From positions 43,750,788 through 43,814,787 of the forward strand of contig CM120640.1 in NCBI GenBank assembly GCA_051362555.1: DNA of 64,000 nt. The letters run 5' to 3'. Below the pieces are notes generated by a model. The model saw only the letters and a program-made list of their open reading frames with translations, had not been told where the DNA came from and ran no database searches. The number at the start of each line of letters is the position of its first letter. Position 1 is the first letter of the stretch. Made by a program: the position numbers and the translations under genes. Origin of the DNA: Lingula anatina (lineage: Eukaryota; Animalia; Brachiopoda). Shown piece after piece: positions 42,101 through 53,982 of this stretch.

Positions 42101-44409
42101 TTGATCTTAGAGATGTGCAGTCCATAGATGAGATACATCTCCCTAGCTGACGTAGTGTAGTTTTAATCATTGTTGTAATCTTTTATCTCAAAAGTAAAGT
42201 AGATTTCAACTAACTTCCACTTTTGATAGTCCAACTGATGTTAACATTTTTATAGCTGTGTGAATATTTTATAACAATACCTTAATTTTTGTTAAGTGTA
42301 ATATTTTTTTAAATTATAAATGTATTATAATACACAGAAGAAATGAATTACTGTTTAATAATTGTATGATAATGATGGTGAGAGTGAGAGTCACCCTGCG
42401 TGGAAGCACCGTTTTGACCAACTGATTGTTAAATAGTTGCATTCAATACATGAAAAAATTTGTGCAATTATTGAAAAAGTGCAAATGGGAGTCACCTGCA
42501 ACAACTCAAAGTCTTGACTTATTGTAAAAATCAGGTGAGATTCCACGGAGTTTGTTGGGAGCCTGGGTCATAAATGATGTAATGCCAGCAAGAGCAGTAT
42601 GACTTTGAATAAAGCTTAATAATTAATCCATGTGTATTTTCTGGTTGTTTTCTCTTCCATTCTGTACAATTACAGTCTTCTTCACAACAACAGGGATTTG
42701 TCATATTTTGGAAGTTGGTTTAGTATTGCTTTTAAAGAAGGCATTCCTAGGGCAGAGAGATTCAACCTTACTTTGCTAAAATACTAGCCCCACCTCATGC
42801 TGAACCTCACGTTTTCTTGTCTTGTACTGTACATGTATGACATCATTACTGTAGGCTGTCTTGAATGATTTTCATTTTTACAAAACTTAGAAGTTTCTTA
42901 AAGGTTGGTGGCAATTTGCTGATGCAAAATTCCTCACTTTTACTGGATTTTGACCTTTTTCCATATTACATTATCATACATGTCAAATGTCAACTCTGTT
43001 CCCTCTCCCCCGATTTCTACCATTTAAATGCCGTAATCAGATACTTTTTTCATCAGCTTTTGAGTTTCTCCTATCTGAACAAAATTTGATACAATTTTTC
43101 AGTATCGTAAGGCTCTATGCATGCTTCTGAATGTCTTTAAACAACATATGCAATTAATTGTTTTTTCATAATATTGTTAAAAACTTTGCTTTTACATTTG
43201 AGCAATACAGTTTGTGATATCAATTATATCAAGTACAAATAAGTGCTTTAATAATATTGAGCTCACACAGTTGCACCTGCTTCTACCAAGCAAACCTTTT
43301 AAAAAAGAGTAAATAATGTTTCATAAATCCCTCCTGTTTTTGAAAAGACTGCATAATAGATAAATAATTTGCAAAGGCAATTTGATGGGTTTTCTGATAT
43401 AATGGTTGCAGTGAAAATAAGATAAGTAGATAAAGATCTAAATTTGTTTTCCCTGTCAGTAAAATTTAAATACTAGTATCATGGCCATTTTAATTCTTTT
43501 TACAATAGGCTCTTTATAACTTAATATAATTTTCCTCATATATTCATTATTGAGAGGAGATAAACAACTGTAAAAGTATAAGTAGGACAAAATACATAAC
43601 TACAATGCACATGCGTTATATAATATTCTAATTCCATTTTACATTTTGTGCATTAGAAATCTTGTGCATTTGTGAATTCTAAGGGAAAAATACTATAGTT
43701 CATTAACTTAAGTAAATATTTGTCTACAAACTAAACCGGACTGATGATGGTAGCAATGGTGCTGCTGTAGAAGAACTAGTGGAGACATAAATAGAAACAA
43801 CTAATTGTTGAAAGAACCAAACACAAATTACTAGGCAGTGTAAACTGAATGACATATCTATATTATTTAATATTACCATATTTACAGAAACATCTTGACA
43901 TGCTTTTATACAAAAGCAGACCTTAAAGATAAGCTTATTCCAGTAATTTTTAAGGTAGTTGGTTAAAGGTTAGCAAAAACACATTAAAACTATTAAATAA
44001 TAATAATAAATCATAATATTCCACATGTCACATGTTATCTTGGCACAATATATAAAATGCCACCTCTTTGATCTTACAAGCACAAAGTTACCGATCATTC
44101 TACTGACCTAGATAATAGGTCGAGTGAAGGACTTATCTCAGGTAGCCCTCGGGGACAGAGCCAGGATAGTAGAACAAGGGGCCCTATGTCACGTCTTTGT
44201 TTACTCCATTACCCGGGGCATACCTTAACCACTAACTTCCAAGAGCCATTTTAAGCGATCGCTAGACCTAAATATCGATCAAAATATCCTGATGTATTAC
44301 ACACATAATGAAAGTAATCATCTTACATTAGAATTAAAATCAATTCTGTTAAAAGATATTAAAAGCGTATAAACTTACCTGTACTGTCAACTTGGGATAC
44401 TACTGCCAT
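39163..44409 (-). CDS. Putative unannotated multi-exon gene, 5' part; product unknown
   Basis: Exons 44409-44379 (aaaATGG...ACAG|gtaagt), 39835-39810 (tgtcccaccag|...CAG|gtgagt), 39382-39324 (ttttatttgtag|...CAG|gtaaga) and 39230-39163 (ttgtatag|...AAG|gtgagt). Phases 1/0/2/1 chain without stops, giving MAVVSQVDSTDVRSVISIQTLLAEIETRFGAGIEERLSSPGHLIEKEMNFNSICSVNEEIK. The 3' exons are not resolved. Confidence 0.5.
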
Positions 44410-45103
44410 TTTGAATAATTAGGTCATGATATATCTTAAAAGAGGGCAGCACATTATAGTAAATAAATTTGACCCAGAATGACAAGCGATCGTCAAACTT
44501 TATAGATTTTACAATGTCTTAATTATCATAAATATCAAATCAAAATATGAAACTGCATATTTTGTCAGCAAGTTTTAGGATATGATTTGTAAAGTAAGCG
44601 ACACGATATAAATTAAGCATGTCTTGGATGATGGAACAGCAGTCAAAAGCACATTCAGCAGAGATGAGTATCATCTAACACAATAGGCTTATTATCATAT
44701 TAAATTTTTACCTCGTCTTTCTGATGAAATGCTACATGTATGTACAGGAATATGACCCAAGTAAATTTCTGTATGCTTTATATAACAAATTTTCAACATC
44801 CAAATATTTCCACTGATTTAGATTCGAAAACCACTGAACTTGACTAAAAAATAAAGCAGGTTCTATGATTGATCGCATTTTCAGATTTAGACCTACGTTT
44901 TAGATTCATAGCAACACATATACTGCATGATATGTAATGCAAAATGCTCGAATTGATCTTCAAAATGATAGTTCTTTATGAATTATGAAATATCCACTAA
45001 ATTAATCGCCAACAATATATAGGCTAACCATCAGCAACACCCTATAGCCAAGACACGAAAAATTATTTCTGTAGGCCTAAACGCATATCACCATGCTCAT
45101 CAT

Positions 45104-45278
45104 GGGGGCGTCTCGATAGTCCGAAGGTTCATTGGTCCGAAGGTTCATTGGTCCGAAAAACGGTAACATTTTCATAGGTTTTTTAATCAAGGGTTTATTG
45201 GTCCGAAGGTTCTGTAGTGAACATTCGGACCAAGGAACCTTCGGACTATTGAACCTTCGGACTATTGCTACGGCCCCC
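45104..45278. mobile_element. Foldback-type non-autonomous DNA element with ~15-bp subterminal repeats
   Basis: GGGGGCGTCTCGATAGTCCGAAGGTTCATTGGTCCGAAGGTTC... at the left and ...GAACCTTCGGACTATTGAACCTTCGGACTATTGCTACGGCCCCC at the right form inverted arrays of the same unit. Confidence 0.75.
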
Positions 45279-45820
45279 TGATCATTACGAAGAGAAGTGT
45301 TGTTGCGCCGGGTCCTTTGCTCCCCCGAGGAGATAGAGGCATAATGGATGGATAAAGGCCCATTTGAAAAAATCAGAATTCTACTTTTTCTAAAACTCTG
45401 GTGACAGAAAGTGATACAGATAAATATAGCTTTTTGTGTAAATAATTTTTGGAATTCAAGCCTTGCTAGTTTGGAGAGTTTTTGTATTCAGTAACGAAGG
45501 ATTTAATAAGGAAAAGTTTTCAAAATGACAACCCTTTTGGATAATTTCCACGTTATTAATAGGCCTACTAACAAAAATTAGACGGCGCTAAAGGGATATT
45601 AAAAGATGCACGTTTATTTTACTGATACATTTTGTCCTCAACCTCAAGTATGCTTTTCACAATGCCTGGTAAAGAAGTTTTGCAAATTACTTTCTATGAC
45701 TATGCAATTTTCATGTAAAACATTTGAATGTGCCCTGTCACCATAACACTAGCTAATCATGAGTGTAACTGAACTGAGGATTTTATGGTTAAAATATTAC
45801 AAAAACCATCAAATAATTAA

Positions 45821-46066
45821 AACTAGAAAAGCACTCCGAGAGCGCTGACCTCCGCCAAGGCAGCGATTTTTGATTATTGTTGATTATTGATTGATTATTG
45901 ATCCGGATCACCACCAAAAACTAATCACTTCTAAGTTAACCCATTTCCGACCTACCCTGAAAATTTCATCAAAATCGGTCCATAACTTTTTGAGTTATGT
46001 TGATGACAAACAAACAAACAGACAGACAAGCAAGGGTGAAAACAACCTCCTTGGAAGAGGTGATTA
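45821..46066 (+). mobile_element. Helentron/HINE (DINE-like) non-autonomous element
   Basis: Starts AACTAGAAAAGCAC, with subterminal inverted repeat ACCTCCGCCAAGG (45848-45860) / CCTTGGAAGAGGT (46049-46061). It has a 3' hairpin ACCTCCTTGGAAGAGGT, an internal (ACAA)/(ACAG) microsatellite, A/T-rich flanks and no TSD. Confidence 0.75.
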
Positions 46067-46300
46067 ATGCGGCAAAGGACGTCACGAACGTTTTTCCTTT
46101 TTTCAGTTTTTGAGAGCCGGACGACACCGCAAAAATAGCCGCAAGCTATTTATTGCCCTATTTAAAATAAACATTCTAGAATCTTTAATTTAAATGAACT
46201 TTAGATATCGTACTCGCTTCCTGACAAGTTGCATAATTTCTGCTTTAGTAAAAATTAACTAGATAGATCGGAGAATGTGAGAATCAACAAGACCCCCCCC

Positions 46301-46302
<2 letters not shown>

Positions 46303-46334
<32 letters not shown>
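46303..46334 (+). repeat. Poly(C) tract
   Basis: About 30 consecutive C. Confidence 0.85.
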
Positions 46335-46337
<3 letters not shown>

Positions 46338-46851
46338 TAAATCCGCCGCTGAATAAGTGACAGTTGACTTCACGATTTCTGGCATTTTTTACTTGATCGT
46401 ATTCCACAATTCTCTTGAAATAAAACGGGATAATATTTCTATATACCGGGGCAAAAAATGCTAACTGGTGATGCCAAGATTCCAACTCTGAAGCTTTACG
46501 TACAAATTGTTGTTAGATCATTATTCATTTTCATTTCAGTTAAACAAGGTGCTAAGAAATCTTGATTGCAATCTCTTTTTAATCTAAAGAAATCACAAGT
46601 GGCAGAGAAATGATCAACATCAACATTGTGTGTACAAGCAAAATGAAATGTTCGTGCTGAAAATAAGCCCGTTGTACTTGTGGATTTGTCTCGTGCCTTT
46701 ACCGTAAAAGTCTGCTAGGACAACTTCAGAAGTCTGTTAAATAAATGATCTAAATGTAGTATTAAATCAAAATTAATCACCAAGAATCTAAATTCTAGCA
46801 ACGAAGAGGTAATAAATAAAACGGGACTAAATTTCGGGAGTTTTTAAATAT

Positions 46852-46857
46852 TTTATT
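46852..46857 (-). other. Candidate polyadenylation signal of PDIA3
   Basis: AATAAA on the minus strand, ~350 nt after the stop codon. Confidence 0.4.
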
Positions 46858-47206
46858 TCTGGTACTGACAATTGAAGAGTTCAATAACAAAAGTCACTGT
46901 ATCTTACAACCCCCGATCATCTTCACATCATGTATAAAAAGGAATGCTTTGACAAGTTACAGTTACTGTTTAAAACTCATTTCATGTAATGTTTACTACA
47001 ACAGCCCACAAAGTAAGTCAATCTCTAGAAGAAAATAGCAGTTCTTTGAAGACAATAACTTCTTCCAAAAATTCTACAAATAAACAGTTGAAAGTTAGTA
47101 TCAAATATGAAATTCCTGACATTCAGAACATGATTTTAACTAGGAATATCATTTTTGATACAAGAAAATATATAGTCTGTCAAAATATTGCAAATTTGTA
47201 AGATTT

Positions 47207-50200
47207 TTACAACTCCTCCTTCACTTTTTTTCCTTTTCTGCTGTATCCTTTCATTGGGTCTGTGCTCTCTTTAGCAAGGTATTTGATAAAATCATCTACT
47301 TCACGTCCACTCTGAAAAAAACAAGAGAAAGAAGGTAATTTCTAATAAGCATCAACAATCACGTGAAACAAGACCATACATAAATTGTGCATACCTAAAA
47401 AGGTGTGTGAAAAAGATTTGAGTTGTTATACAAATATTCATGGAACATATGAAATAGTTATCAAAAACTATTTGATATTGATATTTTAATTGCATATAGT
47501 GCTTACTTTTAGGGAATTATATCATACAATGATACATGAACTAAAATTATCTGTAAATCTGAAATGTGCACGATGAATCAACTTACCTCATATTTTTTAG
47601 GATTGCTCTTGGAGCCCTTTGGAGCAAAATATAATGTAGGGAAGCTGTAACGGAATATAAAATGAGTTAATTTAAGTAAGAAGCCATCTTTCTTTATTTT
47701 GAAAGACAAGAATAACTTCATAATCAAACACTAAAAACAACTATCATGTCAGTGCTTCAGCCCTATCATTAATTATCATAAAATTTTCAAAGGAATATAT
47801 GTCGGCTAGGGTAGTCATCATAAGCACTTTTATTAAATTTGCATTTCCCTACAAATATAAAGCAGTGATAACCAACAATGCATTTTTTCATTTCTGACCA
47901 AGAAAAAAGTAATTCTGACCAAGAAAAAAGTAGCAATAAATAATTAGAAAAAAAAAAATCAACTTGTTTACTCACCCTCTCACTTCATATGGGCTAGGCA
48001 CATCATTTGCTGTAGCATCCATCTTGGCAATAACTATATTTGGCTCATCCTTTAATTTTTCTGCTAATTCTTCATATTTAGGTGCCAAAGTTTTACAGTG
48101 TCCACACCATGGAGCATAGAACTCTATTAGGACATCTTTAGTGTCATCATTGACTATTTCATCAAAGTTTTTGGCCACTACAGTCTAAAAGATAAAATGT
48201 CACAAATACTAACTTGGTAAGAAATAATAACTTATATTTAAGTTTAATTAATACATAAATCCAAATTTTTTGAATCTGGTTTATTTTTGGTGCTTCTCGG
48301 TGCTTCCTTTCCATTATTTTAGAGGAAGATTCTACAAAACTTAATGCAGTGAGTACAGGACCAAACTCTCATAAATGGTGCTCATTCCGTGCAACACAAA
48401 ATCTCAAATTTCTAAAAATGTTCCTTTCATACATAATGTTGGCTTTTTACCTTTAATGGTCCATCGTTGTCTGGAATTGGTTCAGATTTCAGGTATGGTT
48501 CCAATTTACCATCAAGAAAAGCTGTTACAAAAGTTTCAAAGGCATCCATCCTAAAATAATAAAAACACCAGTTCTGTGAACTTCTGTCAGTCATATCATT
48601 ATATATTGAAAAAGCCGACAAAATAATTTTGAATAATTACTCTAAAACAAAGTTACTCCATGAAATCTTGGTAATATTTTTCTGATATTTGCAAAGAATT
48701 TTGATGGGTGAAATAATTTTTGTTTTTAAAAGGCCAAGATTATCTTACGTGAATTCCTCACTCATGACAAATTTCTTTCCACTGCTATCTTTGGCTGCCA
48801 CCACTGGCTTGTCTCCCTCTGGAGCAGAGATCCCAAACTCCTCCAATTCTCCAGCAAAATCAGCCTTGTTAGACACAGCAAAGTTCACTTGTCTCCCTGC
48901 TTCAACAAGCTTCTTGCCCACCTTCAATACCCTTGAATATAAAAGAACAGACTTCACAAGAGAAATGAATTACATAAACTATATGCTTATGTGTGTTAGC
49001 AAAATACATGACCAATTAGGTTTTCTAACTTAACAGACCATGCTACATATTGTAATGCTGCTTACATTGACCCCTTCAAAATAATTTTTTTACAATGCAC
49101 TTTCCACTGTAATAGGTGTACAGGTGGTTTACCTGTTTCTCCAGTAGTTACTTCCTTTAGGATTGAGCTTGTAGTCAGCATTGTAATATGCCACCACCAA
49201 AGGTTGCTTGAACTGATCAGCATTAGAGGGAGTCCTGAAGCCTGCAAGACCATGGCTGGAAACAAGATAAGATTGGTTCGTTTAACACAAAGATGAAGCT
49301 GACAATCAACTAGCAACCATTGTTCCACATAGTAGAAAGTTTTACTTAACAATCTGAAAATGGTCGACTATAGAACAATACATCAATTGCTCTTTGTCAT
49401 CATGCTTCAGGCCTATCATTAGATATCAGTGAACCCTCAAATGAGTAAGGAATTGTCGACTTCATGAGTTCATCATCAGCATGGTTAGGAAGTTCCAGCA
49501 ATTACAATGCAATAAATAGAGTACTGATAACTTTAAAAATCACCAGTCATTATCTAGATAAATAAATTATTAAGTTAATTGATAAAATATGTTATTGCAG
49601 CAATATCTTACCTTGTTTTTTGTTTACTGCTTTATTCATTTTTATTTTAGTTATTTATTTATTAGTATCATTTTTTAAAGGTGGGGTTGGGTGGGTGGGT
49701 GGGTGGGGTTTGGATGGTGTACTTACACATTGTCCATGATCCAGGACTTTATCTTATGTAAAGTGGCATCTCCATCATACTTCTTTGTAGTGGATTCCAA
49801 CTTCACCTGCAACTTCGGTGGTTGGAAGATGACAATATCACTGAAAAATAATAATTTCACTGCATACTCATATCAGAATTAATTAAATCAAGTAATTTTC
49901 AACATTTTTTCACACCTGTCAAAATAGTTCAATTTATATCTTACAGGTTGACTCCCTATCACACTATATGTATTAATAATAATAATCATTATTAGAACAA
50001 AGACAAAAATATCAGAAAATAATTAAAATCCATGTCTCAGGCCTATCAAGCACAATCATATTGGTGTGATCAGAAAGTTCAAATGTCTGCATATTAATTC
50101 ATCACTGACATGGACTGCTCTCTATTGTTTATCACTAATATAAATATATATCTATCTATCTACAAAAGATTACAAACACACGTACGTTTTCATTCAAGGC

Positions 50201-53200
50201 AACATCAGATGTGCGTTAATTAATGAAATAAAATTGTTTCTAGAGAACCACTCCTAAATAAAGTTGGCTACCAGACAGGTTACAATAATTTTGTGGTTTG
50301 ATTTGTTGGGATGGGTGTATCTGCAATCATGAGGATATCCCAATCCAACAGAGATCAATGTACTTACTCGCTGTAGTCCTGCTTTTTCAGTACATCACTC
50401 TCAGTTGTGTGAGCAAAACGGAATTTTTCACTCAAACCTTCTGCTGCTTTTTGGAACTGCTTTGCAATGTCACTCTCTGCACTCTTGAAAAATCCTACAA
50501 CGCAAATGAAATTGACATTGAACTCCATGTTTGATATTAAACAAATTAAACATTTGATATTAAACAAATTAAATCGTGTTTTAATACATATAAAGTTTCA
50601 TTATGGACAAGTATTTGCTTGATCGCATTAGGGTGGTATCTCAGAATTCCAACCAATCATTCATGTGCTCAGATAAGACATGAAATAATTACTACTTCTC
50701 AAGGAATTACATTCTTACACTAGCACTGTTCATTCAATTATCAAAATATCTTTTTGTTCTTGAAGAAATATCTTCACATACCAACAATGCTGTGTTCTTC
50801 ATTATCCAGGAATTTTTCTAAGTCAGCCACTGATGTGAGTGTTTTGGAGCTTGGGCCCGCTTTGGATCTCATGTAGGACACAATGCCAGCTACAATACAG
50901 TATCCCCATTAAGTTAATTATGCATGTGACATAGTAATTTTAGGCATCTTTTTTTTTTTTTTTTTTGAAACATTAACTTTAGCTTGATCAAATTCAGACG
51001 GTATTATATCTAAGAGTTGATGTGACAGAAAAACTACTTAAAACCAAGACTAGTGGATATAAGAAGCCTCTTTCTACTCTACTGACATTTTTTATGGTTC
51101 AAATATTTACTTCATAAAAATGTGTTACTCAGAGGCTGTTTTGAGAGATTATTACAAGAATTACATGACAACACTATGTATGTTAGTCATTCAGTCACAT
51201 TTCACAACACAACTTCAACTAGATTGTACAGTATTAGATTTTAAAAATTTCCTTCGTGTGAAATATTTACATGCATCTCTGGGACCATTGTAATCAGAAG
51301 CCACCTCTCCTCCCTTGAAGATTTTCAGAGTTGGATATCCAGACACTCCAAATTTACCACAGGTTTCTGTGTTGGCAGTACAGTCCACCTAAAAGCAAAA
51401 TGTAACATGTGAGAACTTTTTAAAGTAGATTCTAGATTTTTTGTTCAAAATGGTATCTCAGTTCTGTATTGTGAAAAGTTGACTCTTGCATAAATTACAG
51501 TCATGTGTTATAGCATATACCTTTGCTGAACTTGGGAAGAGCCATTCCACATGAAAGTGAACATTTGAGTTATACCAGTGATACATTTTTGTGTAATATT
51601 TGTATTATTTTGACTTGCCCCGTTATTTTCACCATTTTATACCACCCTCTAACACAGAATTAAAAATAAAAAGTCAAACTAAAATATGCCAAATGTGCAC
51701 ATTACTCATATGATTCAAATGCTCCCCTTTTTTGGTGGAACAACCTGTTGCTGATACAAACATAAAATAGTACTGTAAAACCCTAACTAGCATTGTGATG
51801 TTACCAATTCTAAACTGGGACAAGATGATAAATTTAGTTTCCAAACATCATTGCTGCAGGGTACATGAGATGGAAGATAAATGACTCAGCAGAAGAGAAA
51901 TTATATGTTATATGTTTCTTCCTTTCTCATTAAAGCTTATTGTGCAATAAAAACATCCATCAGCATACTGTTACCATGTGTCACCTCCCCTCTTTAATGA
52001 TAAATCCATGCTGGCAAAAGCTCATTTCAGGCAAATCAAGGATGACCTGTATACAATTCTTAAAACATGGAAAGAAAATTTAAAACCATAAACTACACCT
52101 ATGGATGGGTTCTGAACTTATAAGTGTTCACTCTTCTTATCAAATGGCCCTCACCTTTATCAATGGGACAGGTGGATCATTTTTTTTCAATGTTATGGAT
52201 GCTTTGTCATATTCTGGTGCCAATCTTTTACAATGCCCACACCTGAATAGTAAGAAGTTCATAAATGAATTATAAGGTATATTTGATTATGCATATTAAA
52301 ATAGTTAATCAATAAAAAATGTAATAATTAATACAAATATATGAAATAATACAAAACACAAGGGCACTTTATTTAACGTCCAGTGTTACTTGCTTTTTGA
52401 TATTATAATTCAACAAAATATTCTTTGCATTATACGTGGCACCAGTACAGTGTCATGGATATTTAATATTTCACTCCAGCGACCATCTTACAATTATTTA
52501 CTTCGGAAGCTCCCCTGACATTCTTCAGTAGATAATAATTGAAACTTCAAATTTTAAGTAATTGTCCACAATTTGAAAAACTATGAAAAGATATATAACT
52601 TTCTCTGTAAAATTGTTTCCTTATCTGTTATATGGCACTGATTCTACTTTCAGTTATAATTAACAAAACATGAATATATAAAGTGTTCAGTCTTTTGGTG
52701 AAAATACTGACAGAATGTTCTCGAAAAAAAGGGCATGAACATTGTTTTATGTAAGATACACTGGTTTCAAAAATCAATACAACACAAATTAACACCTGGA
52801 AATAATAATAACTGTACGAAAAGTAAAGTGTTCAAGTGGCAAACTCGGCTTCCATGATACAAGGCAAAACAAACAAGGGGGGGGGAGCACTGTTGCAAAA
52901 TAAGGGGAAAGAATAGGAGAAAAAAGTGTCTCTGCAAATACAGTACATAACTTTAAGGCTGAAGTTTAACATAACTTGATTTTCACAATTTTATTTGACT
53001 TCAACGTTTGACACAATAAAGCGGCGGTTACTGCTAAGAAGGTACAAGAAATCATATTTTAAATATTGACATTTTGCATTTTAAAACATATTTCAATCGA
53101 TCAAAGCGTATGTTATGCAATTTAAAAAATTGAAAGTACAGACTGCAGCCGGCCGGCTTCTCGCACGTGTTACAATGACTTACCAGGGTGCAAAAAACTC

Positions 53201-53329
53201 GACCAAAGCAACTTCATGGTCACCTATTTTGTCTGCAAAATCAGCATCTGTGTACTCCAAAACTTCGGTGTCCTCAGACAAGACACTTGTCACAGCAATC
53301 AGAACCAGGATGAGAACGTGTCGAGCCAT
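47207..53329 (-). CDS. PDIA3: Protein disulfide-isomerase A3 (ERp57/ERp60), 12 coding exons, 492 aa
   Basis: Exons 53329-53184, 52242-52155, 51388-51271, 50889-50782, 50494-50368, 49840-49727, 49255-49133, 48931-48749, 48550-48451, 48184-47976, 47644-47587 and 47311-47207 are all GT-AG and phase-compatible (1479 nt). Features: signal peptide [50 protein letters not shown]3-typical [12 protein letters not shown] and [42 protein letters not shown], and a basic tail ending KEEL (ER retrieval). Confidence 0.97.
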
Positions 53330-53359
53330 CTCGTAAATACCGGTGCAGTGTCTCGCCCT

Positions 53360-53485
53360 CCACTGATAATATGTTTCTTTTCCAAGATGGCTGGTCAACG
53401 TGGATATAGTGTGTCGAGTTGTGATTGGTTGTTATTCAAGCAAATTACCTCGTAGCACCTCGCATTTTTCGTCACTTCCGGTAAT
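53360..53485 (-). promoter_or_regulatory. PDIA3 core promoter
   Basis: Initiator-like TCAGT (53362-53366, minus), YY1-like AAGATGGC (53384-53391), CCAAT (53424-53428, minus), CCACG (53399-53403, minus) and ETS-like CACTTCCGG (~53473-53481). Confidence 0.55.
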
Positions 53486-53666
53486 TGATATGTGGATTTT
53501 AACGTTTTAAGCGTGAAATGAATGTAGAAATGTATTGAATTAAGACTAAAAGCCATACAACAAAAACTTTAATTTAAAACAAAGCTAATAACATTAAATC
53601 AATAAAGTGCGGAGTATCGACCACCTAGAGAATAAAATACAATGTAACGCCAGTATCATTCAACAA

Positions 53667-53739
53667 GGCTCCGTGGTGTAGCGGTTATCACATCTGCCTA
53701 ACACGCAGAAGGTCCCCGGTTCGATCCCGGGCGGAACCA
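53667..53739 (+). tRNA. tRNA-Val-AAC: tRNA-Val, anticodon AAC
   Basis: 73-nt cloverleaf GGCTCCGTGGTGTAGCGGTTATCACATCTGCCTAACACGCAGAAGGTCCCCGGTTCGATCCCGGGCGGAACCA. Anticodon stem TCTGC/GCAGA, loop CTAACAC, A box and B box (GGTTCGATCC) intact. Confidence 0.95.
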
Positions 53740-53744
53740 TTTTT
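53740..53744 (+). terminator. RNA polymerase III terminator
   Basis: TTTTT immediately after the tRNA 3' end. Confidence 0.8.
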
Positions 53745-53843
53745 CCCCCCCCCTTTCTCCGTATCATTACGTACCATGTATTTCCGTGCAATACCAATAA
53801 TAATTTAAAAAGAAAAAAAAAAAACTTTTCAAACCCCGATCTA

Positions 53844-53982
53844 GGTGTGACAGGAATGGAAGTCCGAGGTCCCATAATGATTAGTACAGGTTAAGGTTAG
53901 TGGGAGTATTACGGTTAATATATGGGACGAATATTACCTGTACACAGTTGTGGGGAGCAGACTACCTTTCCTGTTACGTCGG
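53844..53982. mobile_element. Small degenerate MITE
   Basis: Inverted ends GTGACAGGAATGGAAGTC / GACTACCTTTCCTGTTAC with an internal GGTTAAGGTTAG. Confidence 0.45.

Noticed and set aside
45117-45265. Short repeats GGTCCGAAGGTTCATT as a possible CRISPR array
   Set aside because: The units are abutting and inverted with no unique spacers; the context is eukaryotic with no cas genes. This is a foldback transposon end structure.
47893-47931. Short ~20-bp tandem duplications in PDIA3 introns (also ~50530-50573)
   Set aside because: Ordinary slippage duplications with no sign of function.
53660-53875. 71-aa minus-strand ORF
   Set aside because: Antisense translation of the tRNA (VPPGIEPGTF is the typical tRNA shadow).
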